Below the pieces are notes generated by a model. The model made no database searches, was not told the DNA's origin, and saw only the letters and a program-made list of their open reading frames with translations. From Balanoglossus misakiensis (lineage: Eukaryota > Animalia > Hemichordata): 64,000 nt of DNA. This document shows positions 52,511-64,000 of this stretch, piece after piece (within the stretch, counting starts at the first letter, position 1; every line of letters starts with the position of its first letter). Location: contig CM082576.2 in the NCBI GenBank assembly GCA_040954595.2, positions 19,825,028-19,889,027 on the forward strand, given 5' to 3'. The position numbers and the translations under genes were made by a program.

Positions 52511-54967
52511 GGCCTCCACGTGTAATGTCGGGAACACAGGGCTAAAAGACCTACAGGTACGCATAGCTAGCTCCAAGTCCAATGTTGACAGAGCTACTTG
52601 ACCCAGAGTAATCATATCATGATTGTGTAATATTGATACATGGCTGGTCGAGATGGCCCTATACGTCGATCTACACACATCTCTAATTTCATTAGTCAGC
52701 AGAGAGACGACATCGGCCTGCGTTTATGAGCTGTGATTGCCGATTTCTCCATCGTCCAAACCGCGCGCACGTCTCTGTTTAAGCGTGAGTCAAGTTTGGC
52801 AGTTTTCCTGCAGTTACCTCCGCACATGGCCATGCCGCGCCCACGTACCAGCAAACACCACGAGGCGCTGGTCATTCATCGTATTGTTTAGAATTCAGGC
52901 AAGATGCTTCATGTGAAATGTCGGCTGTAGCCGACACTCTCGCCAAACTCGTCGTCGTAGTCTTACTCGTAGGGCTACTGCTCTGCTTACAATTACGGTA
53001 CATGGCCACAAAAGTCGGAAGAGCCGAGGTAAAAAACAACGAGGGAAACCAAAGACGTTTGATAGAAAATAAATTAACGCCTACAACCACAAGTACTGAT
53101 CAGTCTGTAGTCTTTTAAATAGGCTTACTTTGTCCACCAACAGTCTCCACACATTTGTTCATGAATATGGAGTGGCCCATTAAACTGCAAATTAGCATGA
53201 ATATACGTAGCTATACATGGGCGTATACTATAAGCACACTAAAGGTAGAAAATGCATACAAATACATAGGTCTGCGGAACGTATATCTAAGAGAACGTGT
53301 GCATGATGTATACTTCACGTATTTGTACACATATCTATCAGATTGTATTTGTTACGTAAATGCACGTATATGCAACGTATATGTCAAATATACAAACTTA
53401 GTAGTTTTACGTATATTGTCGTATATCAAGCATTTTGCCCAGTGTAAGATGGTGAAGTTTGCTTGAAGGAATAGAAACATCAGAGGCTGGGTACATCGGA
53501 GTTTCTATTTCATTCCATACAAGTTGAAATTAAGCTTATTTTTGGAGTGTATACAGGTACATATGATTATTTAGAAACGGTTTTAGGCAAGTGAATCTGC
53601 TGAATTCGGGCGATCGGTCTTGTATCGTGTGTATGAAACGTACAAGCAGTGGTAGGATATTATTTTGGGATGTGTACTTCAATAGTTTCCATGTCTCTTA
53701 TATGTATTTGTCAAAAAATAAACAGTAGTAAAAATGGATTGTATTTTCCATTATTTTTTCTGTTAATATTGTATGTTTACATGACCAAAAGCCTTAAGGT
53801 TTTCATTGGAATTTATATCAGGGTAATCAATTTGTTTTTGATAATTATTTGCTTCAAATATGGAACAATCTGTGTGAGTACAAAACAGAAACATTGCTAG
53901 ATAATTTGACATTTGAATTGTTCGTAAGAATGTGAGGACAAGCATAGAATTGGCCAAATTATGCTGGTGACCACTCTGTTTAGTGTGTATGCTTTCTAGT
54001 CGTGACAGGCATGTTAAAAACATAGACAATGAAATCTGGTTGGAGCATGAAAAGTAGAGTTGACTTGTTAACATATTTTGATGCCATGAAACCATTTTGT
54101 GGACAGGACAATTTATGTGACCAAGAATTGATTTTCTGAATATCACAAGGTTGATAGTGAATTCATTGTAATTTGTTGTCCTGTTTAAGTAGTGGGGTTA
54201 TTGTAAAAAAATCATCATTCGCTATCTTGTACTTGGAGTGATGTCATCTCGACATTGATACATTATGGCTATTGAGAGGTGCGTGTTATGCAGGCAAGTG
54301 TATATCTTGATGTACTTGTTTAAATACACAATTATACTTAATGATTTAATTTAAAAGTTTTGTTTATTTTCTTGACAGTTTTGGCTACCAAAGAGTTCTC
54401 AAGGTGAGTGTTGGTGTACATCAGTGCAAAGTATCATGTACAAACTAAGAGATCAACACACTCAAATGTGTATTGTGTCGTGTACGAATTAGTTTCGTAA
54501 ATCATTTGTAGATAACGTGTTTAGTTTTGTGGTAAGTGACACTGAGGTTTCAGATCGGATAGGATGATTGTCCAGTGCCATGCATTGTGTGTTAACATGT
54601 GAAAGCACTAGCCTAATTTGTTTGAAATTTGGTATTCAGGGATGATGTAAGAAAAAATAATTTTAACAGTTCATAGAATCAGTGTTTATTAATACTTCAA
54701 AAAGGTATGTGACTTGAATGTGTGCAGTACATCATTGTGCTATGTGGTGTTAACACCATTGAATAGTGCCATTACTTACAGCAATCTTACAGCAATGGCT
54801 TCAGTAAAAATTTGAGTATGATTTGTGTGATTCCTGATACCCCTGTCTTGTCATTTGTGATGTTTTACTGTGTACTTTTTGAAATAAAGAAACTGGTGTG
54901 TTAGTTGAATATGTCAGTGAGTGAATGTGCAATTGGACAGTGTGTTGGCAGTTAGTGGAGATAAAAA

Positions 54968-55040
54968 ATCCTCATGGTGTAATGGTTAACACACTTGTCA
55001 CTTTGTGATAAGAGATCCAGGTTCGATAACTGGTGGGGAT
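54968..55040 (+). ncRNA. Second tRNA-Gln-like copy (inverted paralog of 38539-38611)
   Basis: atcctcatggtgtaatggttaacacacttgtcactttgtgataagagatccaggttcgataactggtggggat; flanks also match ~38500-38700. Confidence 0.6.
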
Positions 55041-55310
55041 GATGAAAAAAAGAGTCCATTAGCTGTGTGTTTGAGTATGAGTGTAATATATGTATGTACG
55101 TATTTATGCATGTATGTAGCCAGCAAACACACAAAACATATTGTGTATATTCAATTCCATACAGTGTTTGATAATAAATATGTTGCTGTTTTACAATTTG
55201 GCATTCACTGCTGATAATTAGGTTTCCATAGATACAAGCGGAATGCAATAGAAGAGGGATAACCATATACATGTATAGAAAAGGTAGGTTACCCCTTCCC
55301 CTATCATCCA

Positions 55311-58020
55311 AATACTACCACAGAGGGTGCTATACTATATGACCATCAACTGAGTATCATTCAAATACTCTGTGCACAGTGGGTAAATACACATTTGTTT
55401 TTTTTAGGAGACTTTCATCAGTTGCAGTAAAATACAACGTGACTACACTATATACACCAATGAGAATGGCCATGTAATTCAGAGAGTGCTTGATATTAAA
55501 ACTGTATCATAGTTGTGGCCTTTACTGCTGATAATTAGTTTACCATAGATACAAGCCCAATGCAACAGGACAGGGATAAACATATGCAAAGACAAGATTA
55601 AACCCCACCTCCATAATCAAAATACTACCGCAGAGGGCGCTATACTATATGACCATCAACTGAGTATCATTCAAATACTCTGTGCACAGTGGGTAAAGAC
55701 ACATTTGTTTTTTTAGGAGACTTTCATCAGTTGCAGTAAAATACAACGTGACTACACTATATACACCAATGAGAATGGCCGTGTAATTCAGAGAGTGCTT
55801 GATATTAAAACTGTTTCATAGTTGTGGCCTTTACTGCTGATAATAGGTTACCATAGATACAAGCCCAATGCAACAGGACAGGGATAAACATATGCAAAGG
55901 CAAGATTAAACCCCACCTCTGTAATCAAAATAATAATAATAATAATAATTTATTTGTATAGTGTCAGTATCCACAAAAATGTGATCAATGACGCTTAAAG
56001 CAAAAGTACAATACAACAAATGGCTAAAAAACAGATTTAAAAAGTAAAGTTTTAACATTTGATTTAAAAACAGATAAGTCTGGTGCCTGGCGAATGGTAA
56101 GTGGAAGATTATTCCAAAGAATTGGAGCAGCAACAGTAAAAGCACGATCACCATAACTCTTGGTGCGTGATCGAACAAGGCAGAGTTTGAACTGATCAGC
56201 TGACCTTAAATTGCGACACGGAACATATAGATTAGTCATGCTAGAAAGATAGATTGGACCAAGTTTATGAATGGATTTAAAAATGTGAACTAACATCTTA
56301 AAAACAATACGCTGTGTAACAGGTAGCCAGTGCAACTGATACAAAATTGGAGTGATGTGACAGGTGATTTTTGAATGAGTAACAATTCTAGCAGCAATAT
56401 TCTGAACGCGTTGGATACGGTTGATTGAATACTTCGGGAGCCCAAATAAAAGTGAATTACATGAATCAATTCGAGAAGTAATGAATGCATGAACTAATTG
56501 CTCTGTAGCAGAATGAGATAAATATTTGCGGATAAGCGCAATGCGACGTAAATGAAAAGTGGCAGAGCGGCAGATCTGTCCAATATGTGGCTTCATTGTC
56601 AGACAAGAGTCAAGGATCACACCAAGGCTCTTAGCCTGACAATGGACAGGAATCAGAGAATCGCCAACACGAATTTCTGAAATCCCTCTAGCAGACAGAT
56701 CACCTGAAATACCAAAGAAAATAACAAATTCAGTCTTATCATCGTATAAGCACAAGAAGTTTTCAGACATCCAAAACCTAACATCGGATATACAAAGTTC
56801 AAGATTTGAAACAGTTCTTGCTGCGTTGTCTTTACTAAAAGACATATAAAGTGAAGAGTCATCTGCATAAAAACTATAAAGACAACCATGACTTTGAACT
56901 AATTCACCAAATGGAGACGGGTACATATTGAAAAGTATGGGACCAAGAACTGATCCCTGTGGTACCCCAGTGTCGAGCCGATAGAAAGGTGATTGGGTGG
57001 AAATTACAAGTACACACTGACTACGATTGGAAAGGTATGACTTAAACCACATGAGAACAGTATCTGAGAGACCAAAATACTACCACAGAGGGTGCTATAC
57101 TATATGACCATCAACTGAGTATCATTCAAATACTCTGTGCACAGTGGGTAAACACACATTTGGTTTTTTAGGAGACTTTCATCAGTTGTAGTAAAATACA
57201 ACGTGACTACACTATATACACCAATGAGAATGGCCATGTAATTCAGAGAGTGCTTGATATTAAAACTGTATCATAGTTGTGGCCTTTACTGCTGATAATT
57301 AGGTTACCATAGATACAAGCCCAATGCAACATGACAGGGATAAACATATGCAAAGACAAGATTAAACCCCACCTCCATAATCAAAATACTACCACAGAGG
57401 GCGCTATACTATATGACCATCAACTGAGTATCATTCAAATACTCTGTGCACAGTGGGTAAAGACACATTTGGTTTTTTAGGAGACTTTCATCAGTTGTAG
57501 TAAAATACAACGTGACTACACTATATACACCAATGAGAATGGCCATGTAATTCAGAGAGTGCTTGATATTAAAACTGTTTCATAGTTGTGGCCTTTACTG
57601 CTGATAATTAGGTTACCATAGATACAAGCCCAATGCAACATGACAGGGATAAACATATGCAAAGACAAGATTTAACCCCACCTCCATAATCAAAATACTA
57701 CCACAGAGGGCGCTATACTATATGACCATCAACTGAGTATCATTCAAATACTCTGTGCACAGTGGGTAAAGACACATTTGGTTTTTAGGAGACTTTCACC
57801 AGTTGCAGTAAAATACAACGTGACTACACTATATGCACCAATGAGAATGGCCGTGTAATTCAGAGTGCTTGATATTAAAACTGTTTCAAAGCTGTGGCCT
57901 TTACTGCTGATAATTAGGTTACCATAGATACAAGTGGAATGGAACCGGACAGGGATAAACATACAAAGGCTAGGTTAACCCCCCCCCCCCCAATACTACC
58001 ACAGAGGGCGCTATACTGAT
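55311..58020. repeat. Tandem array of ~309-bp units interrupted by a LINE
   Basis: aatactacc(a/g)cagaggg(t/c)gctatac at 55311, 55621, [55929/57076], 57385, 57694 and 57992. Confidence 0.93.
55933..57072 (-). mobile_element. 5'-truncated L2/CR1-group LINE with an uninterrupted 342-aa RT C-terminal ORF (57052-56024)
   Basis: WFKSYLSNRSQ, GVPQGSVLGPILF, YADD, HITPILYQLHWLPV, YGDRAF...LWNNLP; short 3' UTR, (TTA)n tail, CAAAATA on both sides (55926-55932, 57073-57079). Confidence 0.93.
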
Positions 58021-59399
58021 CATCAAGTCTGTACCATTGAAATAAATCTGTGCAGATTGGGTAAATTAGGCATTTGGTTCTTCAGATTTTCATAAGTTGC
58101 ACTAAAATGCTATGTGGCCCACTACAAGGACAAATAAGTCAAAAATGGCAAATTTGACGTTTACTTTGAGGTTGGCATGGGGCAAACGAGACAATACAAG
58201 AACACTGAAACTCAATTAGTGAAACACTAAAGTTGTACTTTATTTCTCTAACAAACTTAGAGAAAATTTACATGGCCATCTTTTTACTCAGAGACCTGAT
58301 GTTGAATAGAAATGTGGTAGTGCAGGTCCACATGAGTGCCGTGTACTAGCCTCTCTCTCTGCAAATCCATCCACAACTTGCATGCAGATAGTGGGAGTCT
58401 GATGTAAGCAACTACTGCAGTTACAGTCAGGACGTAAGTGGGATAATTAAACAGCAGGGGATCATGCAATGCAAACACTTGAACTGGCCAGTAACGTTTG
58501 AATTGCTCATTTGCATACAGTTTTTCAACTTTTTTCACAACGAAAGTTAAGCAACTAGCAACCCATTTCTGACAATTATTTCACCCCAGGCACATTACTG
58601 GTACTATGAGTGTACTACATGTGATTTTTCATGAAGTTTTATCGAGAAGAATTTCTTTACTTCCACTGACAAAATTGTGATCACGAAATTCAAAGTGACC
58701 TTGAAGTTACAAAAAAAAAATATCAGCCATACCCACACAAAAATTAACCCCCTCAGGTTTTAGAAACATTATTAAACTCCTCTATTCATAATTTTGACAT
58801 GAATATATCCATGCCGAGAGTCAAGGACCACAATTTACTGTGCCATAGGTCAGTCCTGAGAAGTCAGTCAGCGTGAATAGTGTATAGACTCCGTATGTAA
58901 TATGCTAATGAGAGATAACGACGCGTTGAAAAGGAAGCCATTACGTCATGGGTTAACATGCGTTGACCTACTTCAATGCATACACATATGGCAAACACGG
59001 CTGTACTCGTCGATGGCGAAGGCAATTTTTACACCGTCATTACCCCACAACGGAGCGGCTCACACTATTATAATTTCACGGTAACTTAGTTCAATATCTT
59101 CCTAACCTACCCAATTTTTTTCAAGACAAGAAATCTTTGCCGAGAGTCAAGGACCACAATTTAAACCAACATACCGAAACTGTCTTTCTCGGGAAAGCGT
59201 CGTTAAAACTTCACGAAAAATCATCCTATCATTGACTATGGTGTTTCATACACGTCTTAGAAAAAACGGGTGCACTACGATCACTTGTAGTACCGAAAAT
59301 CTCCGTTTGAAAATTTTTCGAACTGGCCGTAACTGCCACTCAGCGACTTTCACATTCAAATAGATCTCTTTGATCTCACCGCCGTAATTACCCCACTTA

Positions 59400-61600
59400 C
59401 GTCCTGACTGGTTAATACTTAGAAAGTGTATTACCTCCAACACCCCATGGACGGTATCATGTCATCACCAGTAGCTATAGGTTCTTTTAACACCTTGAGA
59501 GAAAAAAATGGATTGTTACTGATAGATTACAAAGCACTGACAATACAAGAGGGGGAGGGGTAAGGTTTGTTGAGAGCAGTTGTTTTTTGCTAAACATTAG
59601 TGAAAATATGAAATTATTGACATGTAGGATTTCAATTTTATGATGTAAGAGTATTTTATAATATCTCACCGGGACTTCAGTTGTCGCTGTAGTATTTAAC
59701 CCAAGTTTAACTGTGCCACCCACGTCCATGCATGGCAAGGTTTTCTCTCCCAAAAGTTTCAGTTTGGTATCCCAGTTACCATCAGTTGCACTTACTCCAC
59801 GCCTTCTAAGTTGAATGCGATTTACCATCACAGGATTCATACTGTGGTGCAAAGACAATTAAAAACATCGATTGTAAGTCATTTAGTAGTGATACCATTG
59901 TGACCAAACCTCGTTTTAAAATACATGTAATCTGTACTCGAAACTATCATTTTTTTCTTTCTAGAATATTAGAACGCGCTCAAAAATAAAAATGCGACCT
60001 GTAAGCGAGTGCCGCGTTTCAATTGGTACTGACGATAAACACCGCCACTCGGAGATAAAATCAACGTTTTTTTTTTTGTAATGCAAGTGAACGCATGGAG
60101 GCGGCCATATTGAATTTAGGTTACATCCCAAGACATTCCGACTGGTCTTCAGGTGGATTCGGGAAAGGTCTCTAAAACATAATCGGTCATCCAATTTTGT
60201 ATACTAAATTTCTAAAAATGTAGGACATGGGAGGTTAACATACCCACAATGACTACACACAAAAAAAGGCCCAGGCGTTTCGGGGTGCGATTGTTACGTA
60301 CCTTAGCTCCATCATCTGCAACCATGCAGCCAAGGCGTGGCAGTGAAATTGTGCCTCATTGAGGATACAGTCTAGATCCGGAATTCAGCCAACGGCAAAC
60401 TGTTTAGCGTGCCTTGTATGCAGCAGGATGGCAACGTTCTAGAACTTAAATTCTGGAAAGAAAATCCGAAATAGCTGAACAGATAACAGAAGAGAGAATA
60501 CATACAGCTCCGCAACTTTTCCACTGGAAGATATAACACCATTTGCCTCTATGATAGAGCAAAGGTATGTTATAATCGCACCCCGAAACTTATGGGCCTT
60601 TTTTTTGACGTAGTCATTTCGGGTATCTTAACCTCCCATCTTCTACATTTTTAGAAATTTACTCTACAAAATTGAATGACCCATTACATTTTAGAGACCT
60701 TTCCCGAATTCAACCGAAGCCTAATCGGAAGGTCTTCGGATGTAATCCAATATGGCAGCCTCCATGCGATCACGTACATTGAAAATCCATTGATTTCATC
60801 GCCGATTACCGATGTTTATCGTCAATACCGATTCAAACGCGGCACTCGTTTACAAGTCGCATTTATTTTTGATCGCGTTCCAATATTTTAAACAAACTAG
60901 ATTACTGATAAAAATGCTCAAAATTTTTCCTCCAAATGCCACCTTTACGGATTCAGTCACACAACTTACAGACTACGCCAAACTTTTTTCCAGATCATAC
61001 CTTGCGGACGTAAAGCGATGGATATACCTGAAAAATTGGTAACAGAATTGTATCATCCGCCACAAATAATGATATCAGAAGTCGAGATATCTCCACAGAA
61101 GAAGAGGGTGTGCGTTGTAGGAAAAGTCCATGATGTGAGTACTGTCAAATGTTGCACAAATAGCCGTTAAACCTGAAATATAGATTGAAAGTGGATATTG
61201 TTTTACACAATTTTTGAACAATGAAGTAAAGTATTAGAATGATGGAATCCGATAAAAAAAGTGAGTTGGTAATTTCGGCATCCGACTTCGTTATTAAAAA
61301 TGGAAAGGTTTGCGATTCGGTTCAAGTAGTATTTGCAAGTTTGAAAGGAAATATTTCATTGAAGTACAGTGGCAACAACTGCATTATTGAGAATCTTTGA
61401 AATGTTGATGAACGGAGACTTATAATCGAATAAATGAAAACCTACCTTTAACGGTGTTAGGGTTACTACACCTGACAGACCGCTGGTCTGCGTCCGACCG
61501 ATTCTGAGCTCCTAGCTCTTGTGGAGACATGCGGAGGTACAGCGGGTTAACGGTTAGGAAGTGTTGATGAAAGGAATGATTAATTACATAGGCCAATCAG
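59400..61600. pseudogene. Scrambled pseudogene copy Y of the tandem OB-fold gene
   Basis: Leader exon (-, ~61560-61446); exon A on + (~60330-60564, TGG>TAG at ~60472 and indels); intact exon B on + (60994-61134); exons C (59841-59670) and D (from 59493) on -. Confidence 0.7.
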
Positions 61601-63565
61601 GATCCTGGAGTTAGATATTCGAGTGAAATGGTGGAAAAACGGGAATGCCGATTGGTTCAATTTAACCGGAGGGAAATTGCTACATTGTATGACGTCAGTT
61701 GCGAACGATAATGCATATATTAAGCTAAGGTTGAATCCGGTTTTTCCATCAAGCACAAGCATATTTCAGTCATAAAAAAAACGAAGAGAATAACACTAAA
61801 AAAATATTTCCTTTTTAAAAACTTCACTATAGCATTATTATAATGATGTACGTCGTACATAAAATGATACACGTGACATCGACTTGTTCAGAGTTTTAAA
61901 ACAGGTAGAGAGTGCCCATGGGTAACCCGAAAACACACAAACCGGGTAAAAAATGAAAGTCCTGCGAAGGCCAGGAGTATACACTGAAAAATTACAATAA
62001 ATCTAGTACAAAGGTTTGTATCCTCACGAATAATTAACTCTGATTGCATAAGTTTATTTCCGTCTCATTACCTTCTGAAAGCAAATCACTCACTTGCCGG
62101 TAAAAGTTGAGTAAAATACTACATCTAAACTGCATAGCGATGGCGGCCCATAAAAATAATTGCCCAGTGTCCCACTCGCAATGCACAACTTTTTAGGCCA
62201 AGTGCTAATGATATTCGAATTTTCGAAGGTTACGCAATATACACATACATGTATAAATATTAATTTATGAACAATTTCCAGTGTTCACGCTGGGATTTCT
62301 TTCGTTCTAGTTTACTCGTTATATAATGTACCAATTCCCTCCGGTAAGTTGAGCCGATTCCCATCACTTTGAGCCAATCGATATTCATGGTTTTTCAGCA
62401 TTTCAGTCGACTATATTTACACCTGTTGCATGTCTTTGCAGTTTTTGACTTGACGCTTACAACCGAGTCGCACCGCACGCAGTACTATCTTGTTGTCTTC
62501 ATGTTTAGTTGTTGTTTTGCGCACACTATTTGCACAAAAATATCTGCTCGTTTTGTTATCAACGATCGAGTATATGTTAGGAAGTCCGACATAGAGAACT
62601 TTGTTCTAAATATTCAATGCCCCACAAATGATATACTACACTGCTCGACACAACACACCCCAGCCATACTCCATTAGTACACGCCACAAACACCGTATTT
62701 ATACAGCCTGAGGGATTTCAGCTTCGAACTTATTGCCCAATCATATTCGACTATTTCCAACCAATCCCCTTCTGACTAATTGACCAATCACACGCTTCGA
62801 GCATAATTTCCAAAAAAGGGAAAACTAACGAATTTGCTACATCTTTCCGGTTTCATCTTCAACAGTTTCTAACATTTTTTTGGACCCCCCCCCCCTCGAT
62901 AAACACCCATACTCAAGGGGTAACTTCATTTAATTGTCAGTAAATAAAATCAATTCACAGTCTTATTACATGTACTATTTATAATATACTCAAATTTCCA
63001 CTACAAAATATCTGTATATGTGCGTTAAATTCTGAAATCTTTCCACCCAAACCTCTAGTTATGCAAATTTAAATTGCTGTCTGTTGCGTTCGCCTACGGT
63101 TTCTCATTTTCGGACATTCGAATCTAACTCCTGATTGGCCTATAAACTTATTTCTTTCATCAACACTTTCTAACCGTTAACCCGCTGTACCTCCGCATGT
63201 CTCCACAAGAGCTAGGAGCTCAGAATCGGATGAACGAGACAAGCGGTCTCTCACGTTTAGTAACCGTAACACCGTTAAAGGTAGGTTTTCATTGATTCTA
63301 ATAAGTCTCCGTTCATCAACATTTCAAAAATTCTCCATAACCCAGTAGTTGCCACTGTGCTTCAATGAAATATTTCCTTTCAAACTTGCAAATGGTAACC
63401 GAATCTCAAATCGCAAATCTTTCCATTTTTAATAACGAAGTCGGATGCCGCAATCACCAACTCACTTTTTTATCGGACTCCATCATTCTAATACTTTACT
63501 TCAATGTTCAAAAATTGTGTAAAACAATATCCACTCTCAATCTATTTTTCAGGTTTAACGGCGTT

Positions 63566-63835
63566 ATGGCATCCCCGGCTCCCGGTCCCTCATCCCCAAC
63601 CAGCCAAGGCGTGGCACTGAAATTGCGCCTCATGGAGGATGTCGAGATCCGGAATTCCGCCAACGGGAAACTGTTTAGCGTGCCTTGTATGCAGCAGGAT
63701 GGCAACGTTCTGGAACTTAAATTCTGGAAAGAAAATCCGAAGTGGCTGAACAGATTACAGAAGGGAGAATACGTACAGCTCCGCAACTTTTCCACTGGAA
63801 GAGATAATACCATTTGCCTCTATGATAGAGCAAAG
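63566..63835 (+). CDS. First coding exon (A) of a tandem OB-fold (RPA/SSB-like) protein, copy Z; gene continues past the window end
   Basis: Acceptor tttttcag at 63552, ATG 63566, 90 codons MASPAPG...LKLRLMEDVEIRNSANGKLFSVPCMQQDGNVLELKFWKENPKWLNRLQKGEYVQLRNFSTGRDNTICLYDRAK|gtacgt. Upstream leader-exon donor aaag|gtaggt at 63281 and a reverse CCAAT box at ~63135. OB fold inferred from the beta-strand pattern. Confidence 0.62.
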
Positions 63836-64000
63836 GTACGTTATAATCGCACCCCGTAACTTATGGGCCTGACTTTTTTTTTGCCGTAGTCATTTTGGGT
63901 ATCTTAACCTCCCATCTTCTACATTTTTAGAAATTTACTCTACAAAATTGAATGACCCATTACATTTTAGAGACCTTTCCCGAATTCAACCGAAGCCCAA

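Larger units (their letters stand above)
41440..53444. mobile_element. Full-length CACTA/EnSpm (CMC) DNA transposon, 12005 bp
   Basis: Left end TAA|CACTGGGCAAAAAGGTTGATATAC; right end GTATATCAAGCATTTTGCCCAGTG|TAA (24-bp TIR, 2 mismatches, 3-bp TSD). ACGTAT-rich subterminal regions, an internal Transposase_21 gene, and flanks that rejoin into one repeat. Confidence 0.93.

Overview
AT-rich, intron-containing animal DNA, probably a marine invertebrate deuterostome (inference from repeat style and gene content), dominated by transposons and repeats. Most ORFs in the track are spurious. Coordinates were read by eye; exon and TIR ends are probably exact to a few bases, while dispersed-repeat edges are approximate. 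Main contents: (1) the 3' part of a 15-exon minus-strand gene (32991->23897) for a type I membrane protein: pentraxin/LamG, HYR, sushi, furin site, GCC2_GCC3 repeats, 2 EGF, TM, NPxY tail. (2) A complete 12.0-kb CACTA/EnSpm transposon (41440-53444; CACTG termini, TAA target duplication). It carries a spliced Transposase_21 gene and, head-to-head with it, a 5-exon gene resembling vertebrate C14orf93 (DUF4616); this is the best candidate for an undescribed link. (3) Three copies of a multi-exon tandem OB-fold (RPA/HIN-like) gene: two scrambled by inversions and one apparently intact but running off the window end. (4) A 33-unit 86/82-bp satellite, 160-bp and ~309-bp tandem arrays, Helentron-like elements, several MITEs and foldbacks, L2/CR1 LINE fragments, and two tRNA-Gln-like heads. 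(5) Strong enrichment of TACATGTA, which in-window paralogs show to be a CATGTA insertion at TA sites, as expected for transposon excision footprints.
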